A stretch of DNA of 64,000 nt from Mobula hypostoma. Lineage: Eukaryota. The stretch is taken from NCBI RefSeq assembly GCF_963921235.1, contig NC_086107.1:99388001-99452000 (forward strand), read 5' to 3'. The translations under genes were made by a program, and so were the position numbers. Under the pieces are notes generated by a model that saw only the letters and a list, made by a program, of their open reading frames with translations, searched no databases and was not told the DNA's origin. This document shows positions 1 through 13,365 of this stretch, piece by piece; position 1 is the stretch's first letter, and the number at the start of each line of letters is the position of its first letter.

Positions 1-399
1 TAGGGCCAGAAGAGCCTGTTCCACGTTGTAGCTCTAAATAGATAAACAGATAAACAAGCAAGTAAACAAGCTGAGGGAACTCAGCAGGCCCTCGCGGCGT
101 CAGTGGAGAAAAGCAGACAGCCAATGTTTCGGGCCAGGCCCCTCCTCAGCGAGCGAGATGCCCAATAAATGGGGGAAGGGGAGAAATCAGAGCAGTGATA
201 AGTGGAGAGGAGAGAGGCTGGGCAAGAGGCAGTGATAGGTAGGAGCCACAGAGAGACAGCTTGGGAGAGGAAATGGCGGGAGGGGTGATAGGCAGGAGAG
301 GAGAAAGGATGGTAGAATATAACAATATAATATAAAGCAAATGGTAACTACTTTATTTTACATTTTAAATTTTACAGATAAGGTATATTTTACAAATAA

Positions 400-1043
400 G
401 GAGGAGGAGAGGACTAGATGGGGGCGCATGCAGCCGTTCCGAATGATATCAATAGGTGTTAACTAGGGGGCCGTGCACAATCCTGATTTGATGGAGACAG
501 CCGTGAGAGCACCAAGGAACACCTGGAGAAACTTCTGAAATGCCCGCTTCGCTGCCACTGCTACTGTGCGATCGAGAATCTCCGGAGGGGAAGGCCCCAA
601 GTCCTCGGCTTTGCCTATTGCCTGTGGCCGGGGCCGGGGTCGAAGCCCTCGGCAGAGATGGTGCTCGGTGCTCGGTGTCAGAGGGCTGGTCGGAGGCTCG
701 GAGTTTTCGGACGGACTCGGAGTCAGACTGTGGTCGGATGCTTCCAGGATGCTGCATCGGTAAGTTTGCGACGCTGGAGGTTTACCATCTGCGTGAGATG
801 ATGGGACTTTCGAGAGACTCTGAGACTTCTACCGTGCCATGGTCTATTCTTACCAAATTACGGTATTGCTTTGTACTGTTGTAACTATATGTTATAATTA
901 TGTGGTTTTTGTCAGTTTTTCAGTAGGTTTGTCTTGTATTTCTGTGATATCATTCTGGAGAAACATTGTATCATTTCTTAATGCATGCATTACTAAATGA
1001 CAATAAAAGAGGACGGCGTGTCCTCATAATCTAATCTAATCTA
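400..1043 (+). mobile_element. Non-autonomous retroelement with (TAATC)n tail
   Basis: Ends aataaaagagg...ataatctaatctaatc; a second copy is inverted at 3443-4050. Confidence 0.7.
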
Positions 1044-1314
1044 TTTTAAAATTAAAATTGCTCTCTGCTCCATTCTGGGCTTGATTTGCCCCATTTTTCC
1101 ATTAGCTTCCAAGCCTGGGGCTCTTCACCTCCCTCTGCCCCTGCAACCTCCCTCAACGTGCTCGTCTGGAAACCACAGTCAGTGTGGGTCAGTGATAACA
1201 TCTCCTTCTCACTGCCTATCAACACAGGCACATGCTTAGCACGCTGCTCTTCTCTCTATGTACTCATGACTATGTGGGTAGGCACGGCGCAAACACTATC
1301 TATAAATTCACAGT

Positions 1315-1873
1315 TAGGGTCGCCAACTTTCTCACTCCCAAATAAGGGACAAAAGTAGCAGCCAAATACGGGACACTTGTGTTTACCCCGAGAAAGACTA
1401 CCATGACCATAAAGCCTTGCGCGGGCACCTGTGTGCGCATGTGTGATGTGCGCATACGTGACGTACGCACGTGTGTACGTGCTGATTTTTTTTCTACAAG
1501 TCGGTTTTGGTTTAATCTTCCTGATTCTATTAAGTGAAACTACACTGTACATACATTATTTCCACTTTATATAGGCTGTGTATTTATCATATCATTCCTG
1601 CTTTTACTGTATGTTAGTGTTATTTTAGGTTTTATGTGTTATTTGGTATGATTTGGTAGGTCATTTTTTGGGTCTGGGAACGCTCAAAAAGTTTTGCCAT
1701 ATAAATTAATGATAATTGCTTCTTCGCTTTACGCCATTTCGGCTTATGAAAGGTTTCATAGGAACGCTCTACCTTAGTGGAGGAAATATGGGACAAGGGC
1801 GGTCCCGTATGGGACAAACCAGTTTAGTCCAATATACGGGATGTCCCGGCTAATAAGGGACAGTGGCAACCCA
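1315..1873. mobile_element. hAT-type (Blackjack-like) non-autonomous DNA element nested in an L2 fragment
   Basis: Termini tagggtcgccaact / cagtggcaaccca with subterminal GGGACA repeats; L2 sequence resumes on both sides. Confidence 0.6.
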
Positions 1874-3442
1874 CAGATGACACTACAGTTGTTGGTAAAC
1901 TCTCAGAGACGATAAGGAAGCATACAGGAGTGAGATAGATCGGCTGGTTTAAATTGTGTTTCAATGACCTCATGCTCATCGTCAGCAAGACAAAGGAACC
2001 GATTCTGGACTTCAGATTCAAGACTGAAGTACATTTACTATCAAAGAATGTTTAAATTATACAACCTTGAGATTTGTTTGCTTACAGGCAGCCACAAAGC
2101 AAGAAACCCCGAATGAACCCAATTAAAGGGGAAAAAAATAAGAAGACCAACACCCGATGCGCAAGAGAAAGGGAAATAAAACACAAACCATGGAAACAAT
2201 TGAACAACATTCCGAACCATATTGCGTCCTCAGGTCTGAACCCAGGACTAGGCCCAAAGCCTCACTTATCAGCTCATTATATTAGCGGGCACAGAGCATA
2301 GCAGCCGGGGCAGTCTTCATAGCCTCAGCGCCATGAAGTGGGGAGTGACCACTGCGGAGAGCGAGCAAAATCGGCTCTTGCCTTGGAACCCGACACCCTG
2401 CCTTTTCAGTCTTTCTGGGCTGGCTTTTAAATTGACCAAATAATGGAAAAGTGAAAGGCTCCGGCTTCCTGGAGAGAGGAGTGAACGTCGCGGAGAGCCG
2501 ACGAAATCAGCTCTCGCCTCTGGTCTGGGCCAGCCTTTAAATTGTCTCAACAGCAGATTGTGCCTCGCGCTAGGATCCAGCTCCTGTGAAGGGCTTGGGG
2601 CCTAGATCACGCTGCCCAGTGACTCACTCCAGGCCCAGATTTCGCTGCCCAGACCAAAGCCGCTCTGAAGCTCTTCAAATCAGCCTGGTGCCCAGAACCG
2701 AGCACCCGGGCCATTTGTACAGGCATCAAATTTCCTCTTCCCTCGAGCTCTCCTCTCCAAATGGTTCACTTCATCTGCATCGATTCTGCAACGCACCATC
2801 CCAGCTCATCCCCTGAACTCGCCTCGCCATCACTCGACCCTCACTGTTTGGGTCATGTAGGCATCCGTTAGTCTCGTGAGGCTATGGATTTGCACCTTGG
2901 AAGGTTTCCAGGGTGCAGGCCTGGGCAAGGTTGTATGGAAGACCAGCAATTGCCCATGCTGCAAGTCTCCCCTCTCCACGACACCGATGTTGTCCAAGGG
3001 AAGGGAATTAGGACCCATACAGCTTGGCACCCAACTCATCAACGCAATCACAAAGCAGGCATACCAGTGGCTCAGCTTTGTTAGGCGGTTGAGGTCTCCA
3101 AAGACTCTTGCAGATTTCTACAGATGCACGGCGGAGAACGTTCTGACGCTGGTTTCATTGCTGCCACGCGTGGAGGGGCCAATGCGTCGGATTACAAGAA
3201 GCTACAGAAGAGTTGCAGACTTAGTCAGTTCTATCATGGGCACACCCCTCCCTCCACATTACTGCAAGAGATGGTGCTCCAGGAGGGCAGCGTCCATCAT
3301 TAAAGACCCTCACCATCCGAGCCATGCCCTTTTCACATTACTACCACCGGGAGCGAGGGAGGGGAACCTGGAGAGCCCATACTCAGCACTTTAGGAGCAG
3401 CTGGATTACTGAACGATCCATAAACCCATGAACACTACACAT

Positions 3443-4050
3443 TGGATTAGATTATAAGGACACGCAGTCCTCTTTTATTGTCATTTAGTAATGCATGCTT
3501 TAAGAAATGATACAATATTCCTCCGGTGTGATATCACAGAAACACAGGACAGACCAAGACTGAAAAACTGACAAAACCACATAATTATAACATATAGTTA
3601 CAACAGTACAACAATACCATAACTTGATGAAGAACAGGCCATGGTCACAGTAAAAAGTTCAAAGTCTCTGGAAAGTCCCACATCTCACGGAGACGGGAGA
3701 AGGAAAAAAACTCTCCCTGCCATGCTCTGAGTCGTCCAAAAACTTCGAGCTCTGATCAGCCCTCCGACACCGAGTACCGAGCACCATTTCTATCTGAATG
3801 CTTCGACCTCAGCCTCGGTCGCCGGCAGCAGGCAAAGCCGGGGATTTTGGGGCCTTCCCTCCGGAGATTCTCGATCGCACTGTAGCAACGGCAACAAACC
3901 GGGCATTTCAGAAATTTCTCCAGATGTTCTTCTGCTTCTCACGTCTGTCTTCATCAAATCAGAATTGTGCACGGTGTCCCACTTACAGATATGATATCAT
4001 TACACTAGAGAGCTGCGCGCGCTGTGTCGCGCTGCCATCGTCTCCTCCCA
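3443..4050 (-). mobile_element. Second copy of the (TAATC)n-tailed element
   Basis: Reverse-complement similarity to 400-1043. Confidence 0.7.
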
Positions 4051-4112
4051 CTGATTTATATCTTTATGCCTTTGCCCTATACCATTGCTGCAAAACAACA
4101 TATAATTCATAA

Positions 4113-7100
4113 GACCATAAGACATAGGAGCAGAATTAGGCCATTCGGCCCATTGAGACTGCCCCATCATTCCATCATGGCTGATCCATCATCCCTCTCG
4201 AACCCATCTCCCTGTGGATTATTTAAGAACCTATCAACCTCCACCTTAAATATACCCAATGACTTGGCCTCCACCGTTGCCTGTGGCCATGAATTCCACA
4301 GATTCACCCACCCTCCAGCTAAAGAAATTTTTCCTCATCTCTGTTCTAAATGGACGTCTCCCAATTCTGAGGCTGTGCCCTCCAGTCCTAGACTACCTCA
4401 CTACAGGAAACATCCTCTCCACATCCACTCTATCCAGACCTTTCAATATTCGTTAGGTTCCAGTGAGATCCCCCTCATTCTTCTAAACTCCAGCGAGCAC
4501 AGGCCCAGAGCCATCAAACACCCCTCATGCGTTAACCCTTTCATTCCTGGGATCATTCTCGTGAACCTCCTCTGGACCCTCTCCAATCCCTGTAAGTCTT
4601 TTGTTAGATAAGGGGCTCAAAGCTGCCCACAATACTCCAAGTGTGGTCTGACCGATGTCTTATAAAGTCTCAGCATTACACCCTTGCCTTTATGTTCTAG
4701 TCCTCTTGAAATGAATGCTAACATTGCAATTGCCTTCCTTACCACCGCCTCAACCTGCAAGTTAACCTTCAGGGAACCCTGCACAAGGACTCCCAAGTCC
4801 ACTTGCACCTCAGATTTTTGAATTTTCTCCCCATTTAGAAAATAGTTCATGCTTTTATTCCTTGTGCCATACAGCATGACCATACACTTCCCTACATTAT
4901 ATTCCATCTGCCACTTCTTTGCCCATTCCTCCAATCTGTCCAAGACCTTCTGCAGACACTCTGCTTCCTCAACACTACCTGCCCTTCCACCTATCTTCAT
5001 ATCGTCCACAAACTTGGCCACAAAGCCATCAATTTCTTCATCTAAATCATTGCCATAGAAGTGGTCCCAACACCAACCACAGTGACACGCCACAAGTCAC
5101 CAGCAGCCAACCAGAATAGGCTTCCTTTATTCCTGCACTTTGCCTCCTGCCAATCAGCCAATCTTTGATCCACGCTAGTACCTTTCCTGAAATACCATGG
5201 GCTCTTGTATTGTTAAGCAGCCTCATGTATGGCACCTTGTTAAAGGCCTTCTAAAAATCCAAATAAAAAACATTGTTGTTTTTTTTGGAAAATAGAGAAT
5301 TAACACAAGTAAAGGGAAAGATTTGGGAAAGGGATAAAAAAAATGAAAAAATTAAGTAAGTAAGTACATAGGGATTGGATAATTATGTCTGCGGGCAGGA
5401 ACAAGCACGAACAAATTGGGATATAAACACCTACAATGGTTGGTATATAGGCTTGTATGCAACATTTTGGACCAGTGGAAATGGTCCAGAAGGGTTGTAT
5501 GGAAACTATTATTACCATTTTTCTTAACAACTAATTTCATTACTTAGCCTAATAGGTTAGATTTACCACAGTACATAATTATCTATTTAAATGTTTATTT
5601 TGCTTTTATATCATCTCAATGTGTACTTAAGAATGTATAAATAATTGTAGTTTTATACATATAAAAAAATGGAAAAGGTTATATGTGTGAAAAAAGTACA
5701 TGATAATTGTGAACTCCTTATCCAAATAAAAATAAAATTTAAAAAAAAACATTGACCGACTCTTTGTCTAACCTGCCTGTTATTTTCTCAAAGAATTCCA
5801 ACAGATTTGTCTGGCAAGATTTCCCCTTTAGAAAACCTTACAGACTTTGGCCTATTTTATAATGTGCCTCCAAGTACCCCAAAATTTCATCATTAGTAAT
5901 TGACTCCAGCATACTTCTAACCACTGAAGTCAGTCTAACTGACCTATAGTTTCCTTTCTCCTGCCTCCTTCCCTTCTTAAAGTGTAGAGTGACATTTTCA
6001 ATATTCCAGTCCTCAGGAACCATTGTTGAATATAGTGATTCTTGAAAGATTATTACTAATGCCTCCACAATCTCTTCAGCTACCTCATTCCCTCTAGTCC
6101 AGGTGACTTATCTACCTTATCTACCTGTGTCCACCGAGATGCAACACAGAGCGTCATAGGAAGTCATTCCTGCCTGTGGCCATCAAACTTTACAGCTCCT
6201 CCCTTGGAGGGTCAGACACCCTGAGCCAATAGGCTGGTCCTGGACTTATTTCATAATTTACTGGCATAATTTACATATTACTATATAACTATCTATGGTT
6301 TTATTACTATTTATTATTTATGGTGCCTCTGTAATGAAAACCAATTTCCCCCGGGATCAATAATATGACTATGACTATGACTAAGACCTTTCATCTTCAC
6401 AAGCATCTTCTCCTTTGTAATAGCAACAACACTCACTTCTGGCCCCTGACACACTCGCATTTCTGGCCCCTGACGCTAGTGCCTTCCACAGCGAAGACTG
6501 ATGCAAAATACTCATTAAATTCATCCCACATTATTACCTCTTCAGAGTCCCCTTCTGATGAACTTTAGCCAGCTCCTCCCTCGTGCCTCTATAATTCACT
6601 TTACTCCACTTTAATACTGATACCTACGATTTTCACCACCCCTTCTCAAACTGCAGGGTGAATTCCATCGTATTATCATCACTACTTCCTAAGTGTTCCT
6701 TTACCTTAAACTTCCTAATCAAATCTGGTTTGTTACATACACTCAATCCCAAATAGCTTTTCCCCAAGTGGGCTCAACCACAAGTTGCTCTAAAAAACCA
6801 CCTGGTAGGCATTCTCCAAACTCCCTCTTTTGAGATCCAGCATGAACTGGATTTTTCCTAATCTACCTATATATTGAAATCCCCCATGATTAGTTCAACA
6901 TTGCCATTTTTATATGCCTTTTCTATTTCCCGTTGTAATTTGTAGCCCACGACCTGCCTGCAGTTTGGGGGACTGTATATAACTCCCATCAGGATTTTTT
7001 TCACTCTTTTAGTCAACTTAATTCTATCAGCAAGGATTCTCCAGTCCTATGTCACCTCTTTCTAAGGATTTGATCTAATTTTTTAACAACAGAGCCACGC

Positions 7101-7700
7101 TCCCCTCTCTGCCTACCTGCCTGTCCTTTCAATACATTGTGTATCCTTGGAGGCTAAGCTCTTAACTATAATCTTCTTTCAGCCACGACATCATACCTGT
7201 CAACATCTAACTGCGCCACAAGAACATCTACCCTATCCCGTACACTGCGTGCATTCAGATATAACACCTTCAGCCCTGTATTCGTCACCCTTTTTAATTT
7301 TGGTCCCGTGTTACACTTTACCTCATCCCACTGACTGCAATCATTTGTCTGTCCTTCCTCACAGTCTCACTACACATATAACAACAGCTCTATCACTCCA
7401 GCTACCATTCCCCTGCCGAATTAATTTAAACCGCCCCCTACAGCTGTAGCAAACCTGCCCACGAAGAAATTGGTCCCTCCTTGGGTTCGCTGTAACAGGT
7501 CCTTTGAGGCCAATTCCATGTTGATAATTCTGATCCTGATTCATGGACCTCACACTTCCCTGTCATTCCCTTCTCTCCCAGCAGGTGTCCCCACCCTCCC
7601 GTACAGAGCGGTCAGCCTCAGCACCGCCCACTCCCCGTGCGCCAATCCGCTGCGGGCATTGTTGTCCCGGAGCTAAGAAGGTAAAGAAGTTTACGCACAA
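4113..7700 (-). mobile_element. Degenerate, near full-length CR1 LINE with nested insertions
   Basis: RT fragments in ORFs 4617-5093 (AKFVDDMKIGG, PHLEYC), 5047-5235 and 5838-6068. Confidence 0.85.
5276..5743 (+). mobile_element. Polyadenylated retro-insertion (L1-type 3' end or processed RNA) with TSD
   Basis: AATAAA plus A-tail; 11-bp direct repeat aaaaaacattg at 5265-5275 and 5744-5754. Confidence 0.7.
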
Positions 7701-8114
7701 CGAAATTCCAAGGCAGATTTCTAATAATAAGCGGTCACCATGTGGTGAGGAAAAAGTGCAGGTCACAAGAGCGGTGGGGGGCTGACGCACTCGATGTCCT
7801 GCAGGGCGATTCTTTCGCATCCATTGGGAGCCCAAAGGATTTTAGTTTGAAGCTCATCCAAGGGGCAGCGTCTCGGGGAGGAGTGCTTGGGAGCCTCAGC
7901 CTGGAGGGTTTCCATGGAGTTCAAAGCATAACTGCTCCCACTGGGCCGCTGTCAGCTCAGTCAGTATTCCCATTGAGTGGTGGGAACATCACGGATTATG
8001 AGAGACCCAGAGTTGGAAAGGCCATTTCCGTCTTTCCCCCCGCAGCGACTCATCTTCCCCACTGTGTCTGCAGGACACTCTGCGCTGTCCACTGTCTAAC
8101 GGACTCACGGTCTA

Positions 8115-8750
8115 ACGCCACGCACACGAAATGCTGGAGGAACTCAGCAAGCCCAGGCAGCATCTATGGAAAAATTCAGGGTCTCCCAGTGGCCACCCAT
8201 TTTAATTCCACTTCCCATTCCCATCCCAATACGTCAATCGATGGCCTCCTCTACTGTCACGATGAGGCCACACTCGGGTTGAAGGAACAACACCTTATAT
8301 TCCGTCTGGGTAGCCTCCAATCTGATGGCATGAACTCGATTTCTTGAACTTCCAATAATGCCTCCCTTCACCATTCCCCATCCTCCTTTCCCTCTCTCAT
8401 CTTATCTCTTTACCTGCCCATCGCCTCCCTCTGGTGCTCCTCCCCCTTTTCTTTCCTCCATGGCCTCTGTCCTCTCCTATCAGACTCCCCCTTCTCCTGT
8501 ATCGCTTTCACCAATCAACTCCCCAGGTCCTTACCTCATCCCTCCCCCTCCTGGTTTCACCTTTCACCTTGTGTTTCTCCCTCCCCTCCCCCACCTTCAA
8601 ATCTACTCCTCATCCTTTTTTCTCCAGTCCTGCCGAAGGGTTTCGGCCCGAAACTCTTTTCCATGGATGCTGCCTGGCCTGCTGAGTTCCTCCAGCATTT
8701 TGTGTGGCGTTGCTCAGATTTCAAGCATCTGCAGACTTTCTCATGTTTGT
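8115..8750 (+). mobile_element. Penelope-like element 3' fragment
   Basis: HFNSTSHSH...LKEQHLIFRLGSLQSDGMN endonuclease C-terminal-like peptide; related copies at 17320-18220 and elsewhere. Confidence 0.7.
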
Positions 8751-11716
8751 TATGGTCTACGGCATTTGTTTGGAAGAATTCTTCCATGAAAGACAGGCAG
8801 GTACAATAATGTTGCATTGCAATGGAGCCAGACCCATCCTCTGCAACACCAGGCCATCAGCACGTAGTGACATACACATTGTGATGCATCTGCACAGCAG
8901 AGTTCAAAATAAGTTCATCATGGACGTACAGTATGTCACCACATACCACACCGAGATTCACTTTCTCAATAAATCCAATGACCATAATAGAATCGATGAA
9001 AGACCGAGTGTACGACCAGAGTGCAGAAGAGAACAAACACTGCAAATACAAAATGAAATAATTATAATAAGCAATAAATATCGTGAACACGAGATGAAGA
9101 GTTCTTGAAGGCAAATCCCTAGGTTGTGAGAACATTTCAAAGACGGGGCAAGTGAAGTTGAATGGAAGTTACCCCCTTTGGGTCAAGATCCTGATGGTTG
9201 AGGGGTAGTAACTGTTCCTGAAGCTGGTGGTGCGAGTCCCGAGGCTCCTGTACCGTCTTCCTGATGGCGGCAGTGACAAGGGAGCTCACTCACTTTTGGT
9301 CCCCACCGGACACTCAACTCTCACCTGTGGCTCCAAGTAGCTGTTTGCATGTGACAGCCGCCACAGGCCGGCACACTGCTTCGACGGGTGGGCTGACCCC
9401 AGTGAGACAGGGGCATGCCTAGCCCAGCGTGCAAAATTGGACTGGGCAGATGGGATCGACAGTGATTATTATCTGGGTGGTGGGGGTCCCCGATGATGGA
9501 CGCTACTTTCCTGCGACAATGTTCCATCTAGGTGTGTCAGTGGTGGGGAGGGCTTCACCTGTGATGGACTGGGCCGTCTCTTTGCTGTGTTCAGAATGGT
9601 AATCAGGGTGGGGGCAGCCGTGGGTAGACTTTTTGCCCCTGCTCTTTAGAGCCTTGTGCATTGGACCGTCTGACTCACGCACCCACCCACCATTCCAAGG
9701 GGCTAGAATCTATGAGGCAGAGCTGACAGTGGGCCGAGTGGCCTGCTTCCATGATGTATGACTGCATGATAAGGCACATGGGAGGACTGGTGGTTAGACA
9801 GCAGCTGTTTTAATGCCCAGGACCTGATAGGTAAGGCTGGTGAACTCTGAGCATTAATCATCACACAGGGAATACAATATTATTTCAGTCACAGAAAGGA
9901 TGAAAGGTAGGTAGGACTGGAAGCTCATCATTGCAGAGTATAATTGTTTCAATAGACAATAGGTGCGGGAGTAGGCCATTCGGCCCTTCGAGCCAGCACC
10001 GGCATTCACTGTGATCATGGCTGATCATCCACAATCAGTACTCCGTTCCTGCCTTCTCCCCATTTCCCTTGACCTCACTATCTTTAAGAGCTCTATCTAA
10101 CTCTTTCTTGAAAGAATCCAGAGACTTGGATTTGGTTTCGGGCATGATGATGTAAGGGCATCTCAATATTGATTAGGGAGAATGTCAGAGCAGTGTTCAA
10201 GGCAGCTGTGGAAGGCTCTTCGAATGAGACCAGATGAGAAGAACCTAGAAACGATTGCTGGGGTTATAATGCAGCCCGTACCCAACAGTCACCTGGAGAG
10301 GGATGAGCAGAAAGACAGGCAAACCACCAAGTGGTAAAGAGCAATCGTGTCTTTGTAGTGGGGGGTGGGGGGAATTTATCTTTCCCAATATTGACTTTGA
10401 CCGTCATAGTTCAAGGGGTTTAGATAGGGTGGAATTTGTAAATTTAGTCCAGGAGAAACCATCGAGCCAAACTACAGACAGACTTAAAAGACTGAATGAG
10501 AAATGAGGCTGGGTGAGGGGGAGCAGCTTGAGAATAGTGATCACATTCGATACATTTCAGGCTTTTATGACGAAGGATAAGTATAGTTTGGGAATTAAGA
10601 CCCTAAATTGGGAAAGAGTTGATTTCAATAATATAAGACAAGATCTGGCAAAAGCTGCTTGGTTCAGGTCAAACAATATCCAATAAGTGGGAGTGTTTTA
10701 AAAGTTAGACAGTAAAGGTTCAAGGCAGCATTTTACCATGAGGTAAAAAGGACAGAGGGTGTGTGGGGTAGCACCTTTGGTGAATGAGCTCGCCGCATCC
10801 ATTCTGGGGCAGCTCACTCACTTTTGGTCCCCACCGGACACTCAACTCTCACCTGTGGCTCCAAGTAGCTGTTTGCACGTGACAGCCGCCACAGGCCGGC
10901 ACACTGCTTCGACGGGTGGGCTGACCCCAGTGAGACAGGGGCATGCCTGGCCCAGCGTGCAAAGTTGGACTGGGCAGATGGGATCTATAGTGAGATCCAA
11001 CGGCCAGGAAGGCATACTACAACGCTCCGTGGAGAGCCGAGGACAGGACAGGGCACAGAAGATGACACAGTCGTCCACTGCGATCAAGGAAGACCCCCAG
11101 TCTATGACGCTTCTTCGTACCACCGGACTGGACTTCTGAGGTCAAGAGAGTGGAACTGCCGCAGTGCAACGGCAAAACTCCCCCGCCCAGGTCTCCTATC
11201 ACAGTCAAATACGATGGACAACCACAAAAAGGACAGGGTGGCAATATTAGAGTAGCTGGAAGAAGAGAGATATAGAGGGTATGATGAAGGGAAAAAATGG
11301 AAGCATATGATTAGATAGACAACCGAAGAAGGGGATGACTCTTGAGAAATATAGAAGGTGTAAGTGAGACCTAAAAGTAAACTAGGAGGGCAAGGAGATA
11401 TCACTAACAGACACGACTAAGGAGAATCACAAGCTATTTTATAAGGATATTGGCAGTAAGAAGGTAATGAGAGACCGAAGGAACAATCTTTATGTGGGGC
11501 GAGGGGTAGGGGTGAGTGCTCGGTGGGGAGTGCCGATGCTTTTTTGCTGGTGGTGGTGGTGGGGGGGGGGGAGTCGTTGCTTTGTTGCTTATGTGTGGGA
11601 GGGGGAGTTGGGGGAGCTTTGGGGGTCTAACGTTTAACCATCACTCATTCTTTGGGGGGATACTCTTCCGTTTTCGTGGATGTTTGCGAAGAAAAAGAAT
11701 TTCACGATGTATATGG

Positions 11717-12956
11717 AACTAGTAGAGTGGATAGGGGAGAACCAGTGGATGTGGTATATTTGGATTTTCAAAAGGCTTTTGACAAGGTCCCACACAGGAG
11801 ATTAGTGTGCAAACTTAAAGCACACAGTATTGGGGGTAAGGTATTGATGTGGATAGAGAATTGGTTAGCAGACAGGAAGCAAAGAGTGGGAATAAACGGG
11901 ACCTTTTCAGAATGGCAGGCAGTGACTAGTGGGGTACCGCAAGGCTCAGTGCTGGGACCCCAGTTGTTTACAATATATATTAATGACTTGGATGAGGGAA
12001 TTAAATGCAGCATCTCCAAGTTTGCAGATGACACGAAGCTGGGCGGCAGTGTTAGCTGTGAGGAGGATGCTAAGAGGATGCAGGGTGACTTGGATACGTT
12101 AGGTGAGTGGGCAAATTCATGGCAGATGCAATTTACTGTGGATAAATGTGAAGTTATCCACTTTGGTGGCAAAAATAGGAAAACAGATTATTATCTGAAT
12201 GGTGGCCGATTAGGAAAAGGGGAGGTGCAGCGAGACCTGGGTGTCATTATACACCAGTCATTGAAAGTGGGCATGCAGGTACAGCAGGCAGTGAAAAAGG
12301 CGAATGGTATGCTGGCATTTATAGCGAGAGGATTCGAGTACAGGAGCAGGGAGGTACTACTGCAGTTGTACAAGGCCTTGGTGAGACCACACCTGGAGTA
12401 TTGTGTGCAGTTTTGGTCCCCTAATCCGAGGAAAGACGTCCTTGCCATAGAGGGAGTACAGAGAAGGTTCACCAGATTGATTCCTGGGATGACAGGACTT
12501 TCATATGAAGAAAGACTGGATGAACTGGGCTTGTACTCGTTGGAATTTAGAAGATTGAGGGGGGATCTGATTGAAACGTATAAAGTCCTAAAGGGATTGG
12601 ACAGGCTAGATGCAGGAAGATTGTTCCCGATGTTGGGGAAGTCCAGAACAAGGGGTCACAGTTTGAGGGTAAAGGGGAAGCCTTTTAGGACTGAGATTAG
12701 GAAAAACTTCTTCACACAGAGAGTGGTGAATCTGTGGAATTCTCTGCCACAGGAAACAGTTGAGGCCAGTTCATTGGCTATATTTAAGAGGGAGTTAGAT
12801 ATGGCCCTTGTGGCTACGGGGGTCAGGGGGTATGGAGGGAAGGCTGGGGCAGGGTTCTGAGTTGGATGATCAGCCATGATCATAATAAATGGCGGTGCAG
12901 GCTCGAAGGGCCGAATGGCCTACTCCTGCACCTATTTTCTATGTTTCTATGTTTCT
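11717..12956 (+). mobile_element. Young 5'-truncated CR1 LINE (intact RT C-terminal frame)
   Basis: YLDFQKAFDKVPH, GVPQGSVLGP, KFADDTKL; (TTTCTATG)n tail. Confidence 0.95.
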
Positions 12957-12963
12957 TATACAT

Positions 12964-13365
12964 CGGCAGAATCAGAATCAGAATCAGGTTTATTATCACC
13001 GGCATGTGACGTGAAATTTGTTAACTTCGCAGCAGCAGTTCAATGCAATACATAACCTAGCAGAGAAAAAATAAATAATAAATAAAATAAATAATTATAT
13101 AATAAATAAGTAAATCAATTACATTTATTGAATAGATTTTTTAAAACGTGCAAAGACAGAAATACTCTATATTAAAAAAGAGAGTGATGTAGTGTCCAAA
13201 GATTCAAAGTCCATTTAGGAATTGGATGGCGGAGGGGAAGAAGCTGTTCCTGAATCGCTGAGTGTGAGCCTTCAGGCTTCTGTACCTCCTACCTGATAGT
13301 AACAGTGAGAAAAGGGCATGCCCTGGGTGCTGGAGGTCCTTAATAATGGACGCTGCCTTTCTGAG
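12964..13365 (-). mobile_element. L2-type LINE 3' fragment
   Basis: (AGAATC)n tail, same family as 14943-16045. Confidence 0.8.

Noticed and set aside
11652..12860. 402-aa and 559-aa (50083-51762) RT ORFs as host or domesticated genes
   Set aside because: 5'-truncated CR1 copies with intact tails; the starts are fortuitous and the 11652 N-terminus comes from a different element
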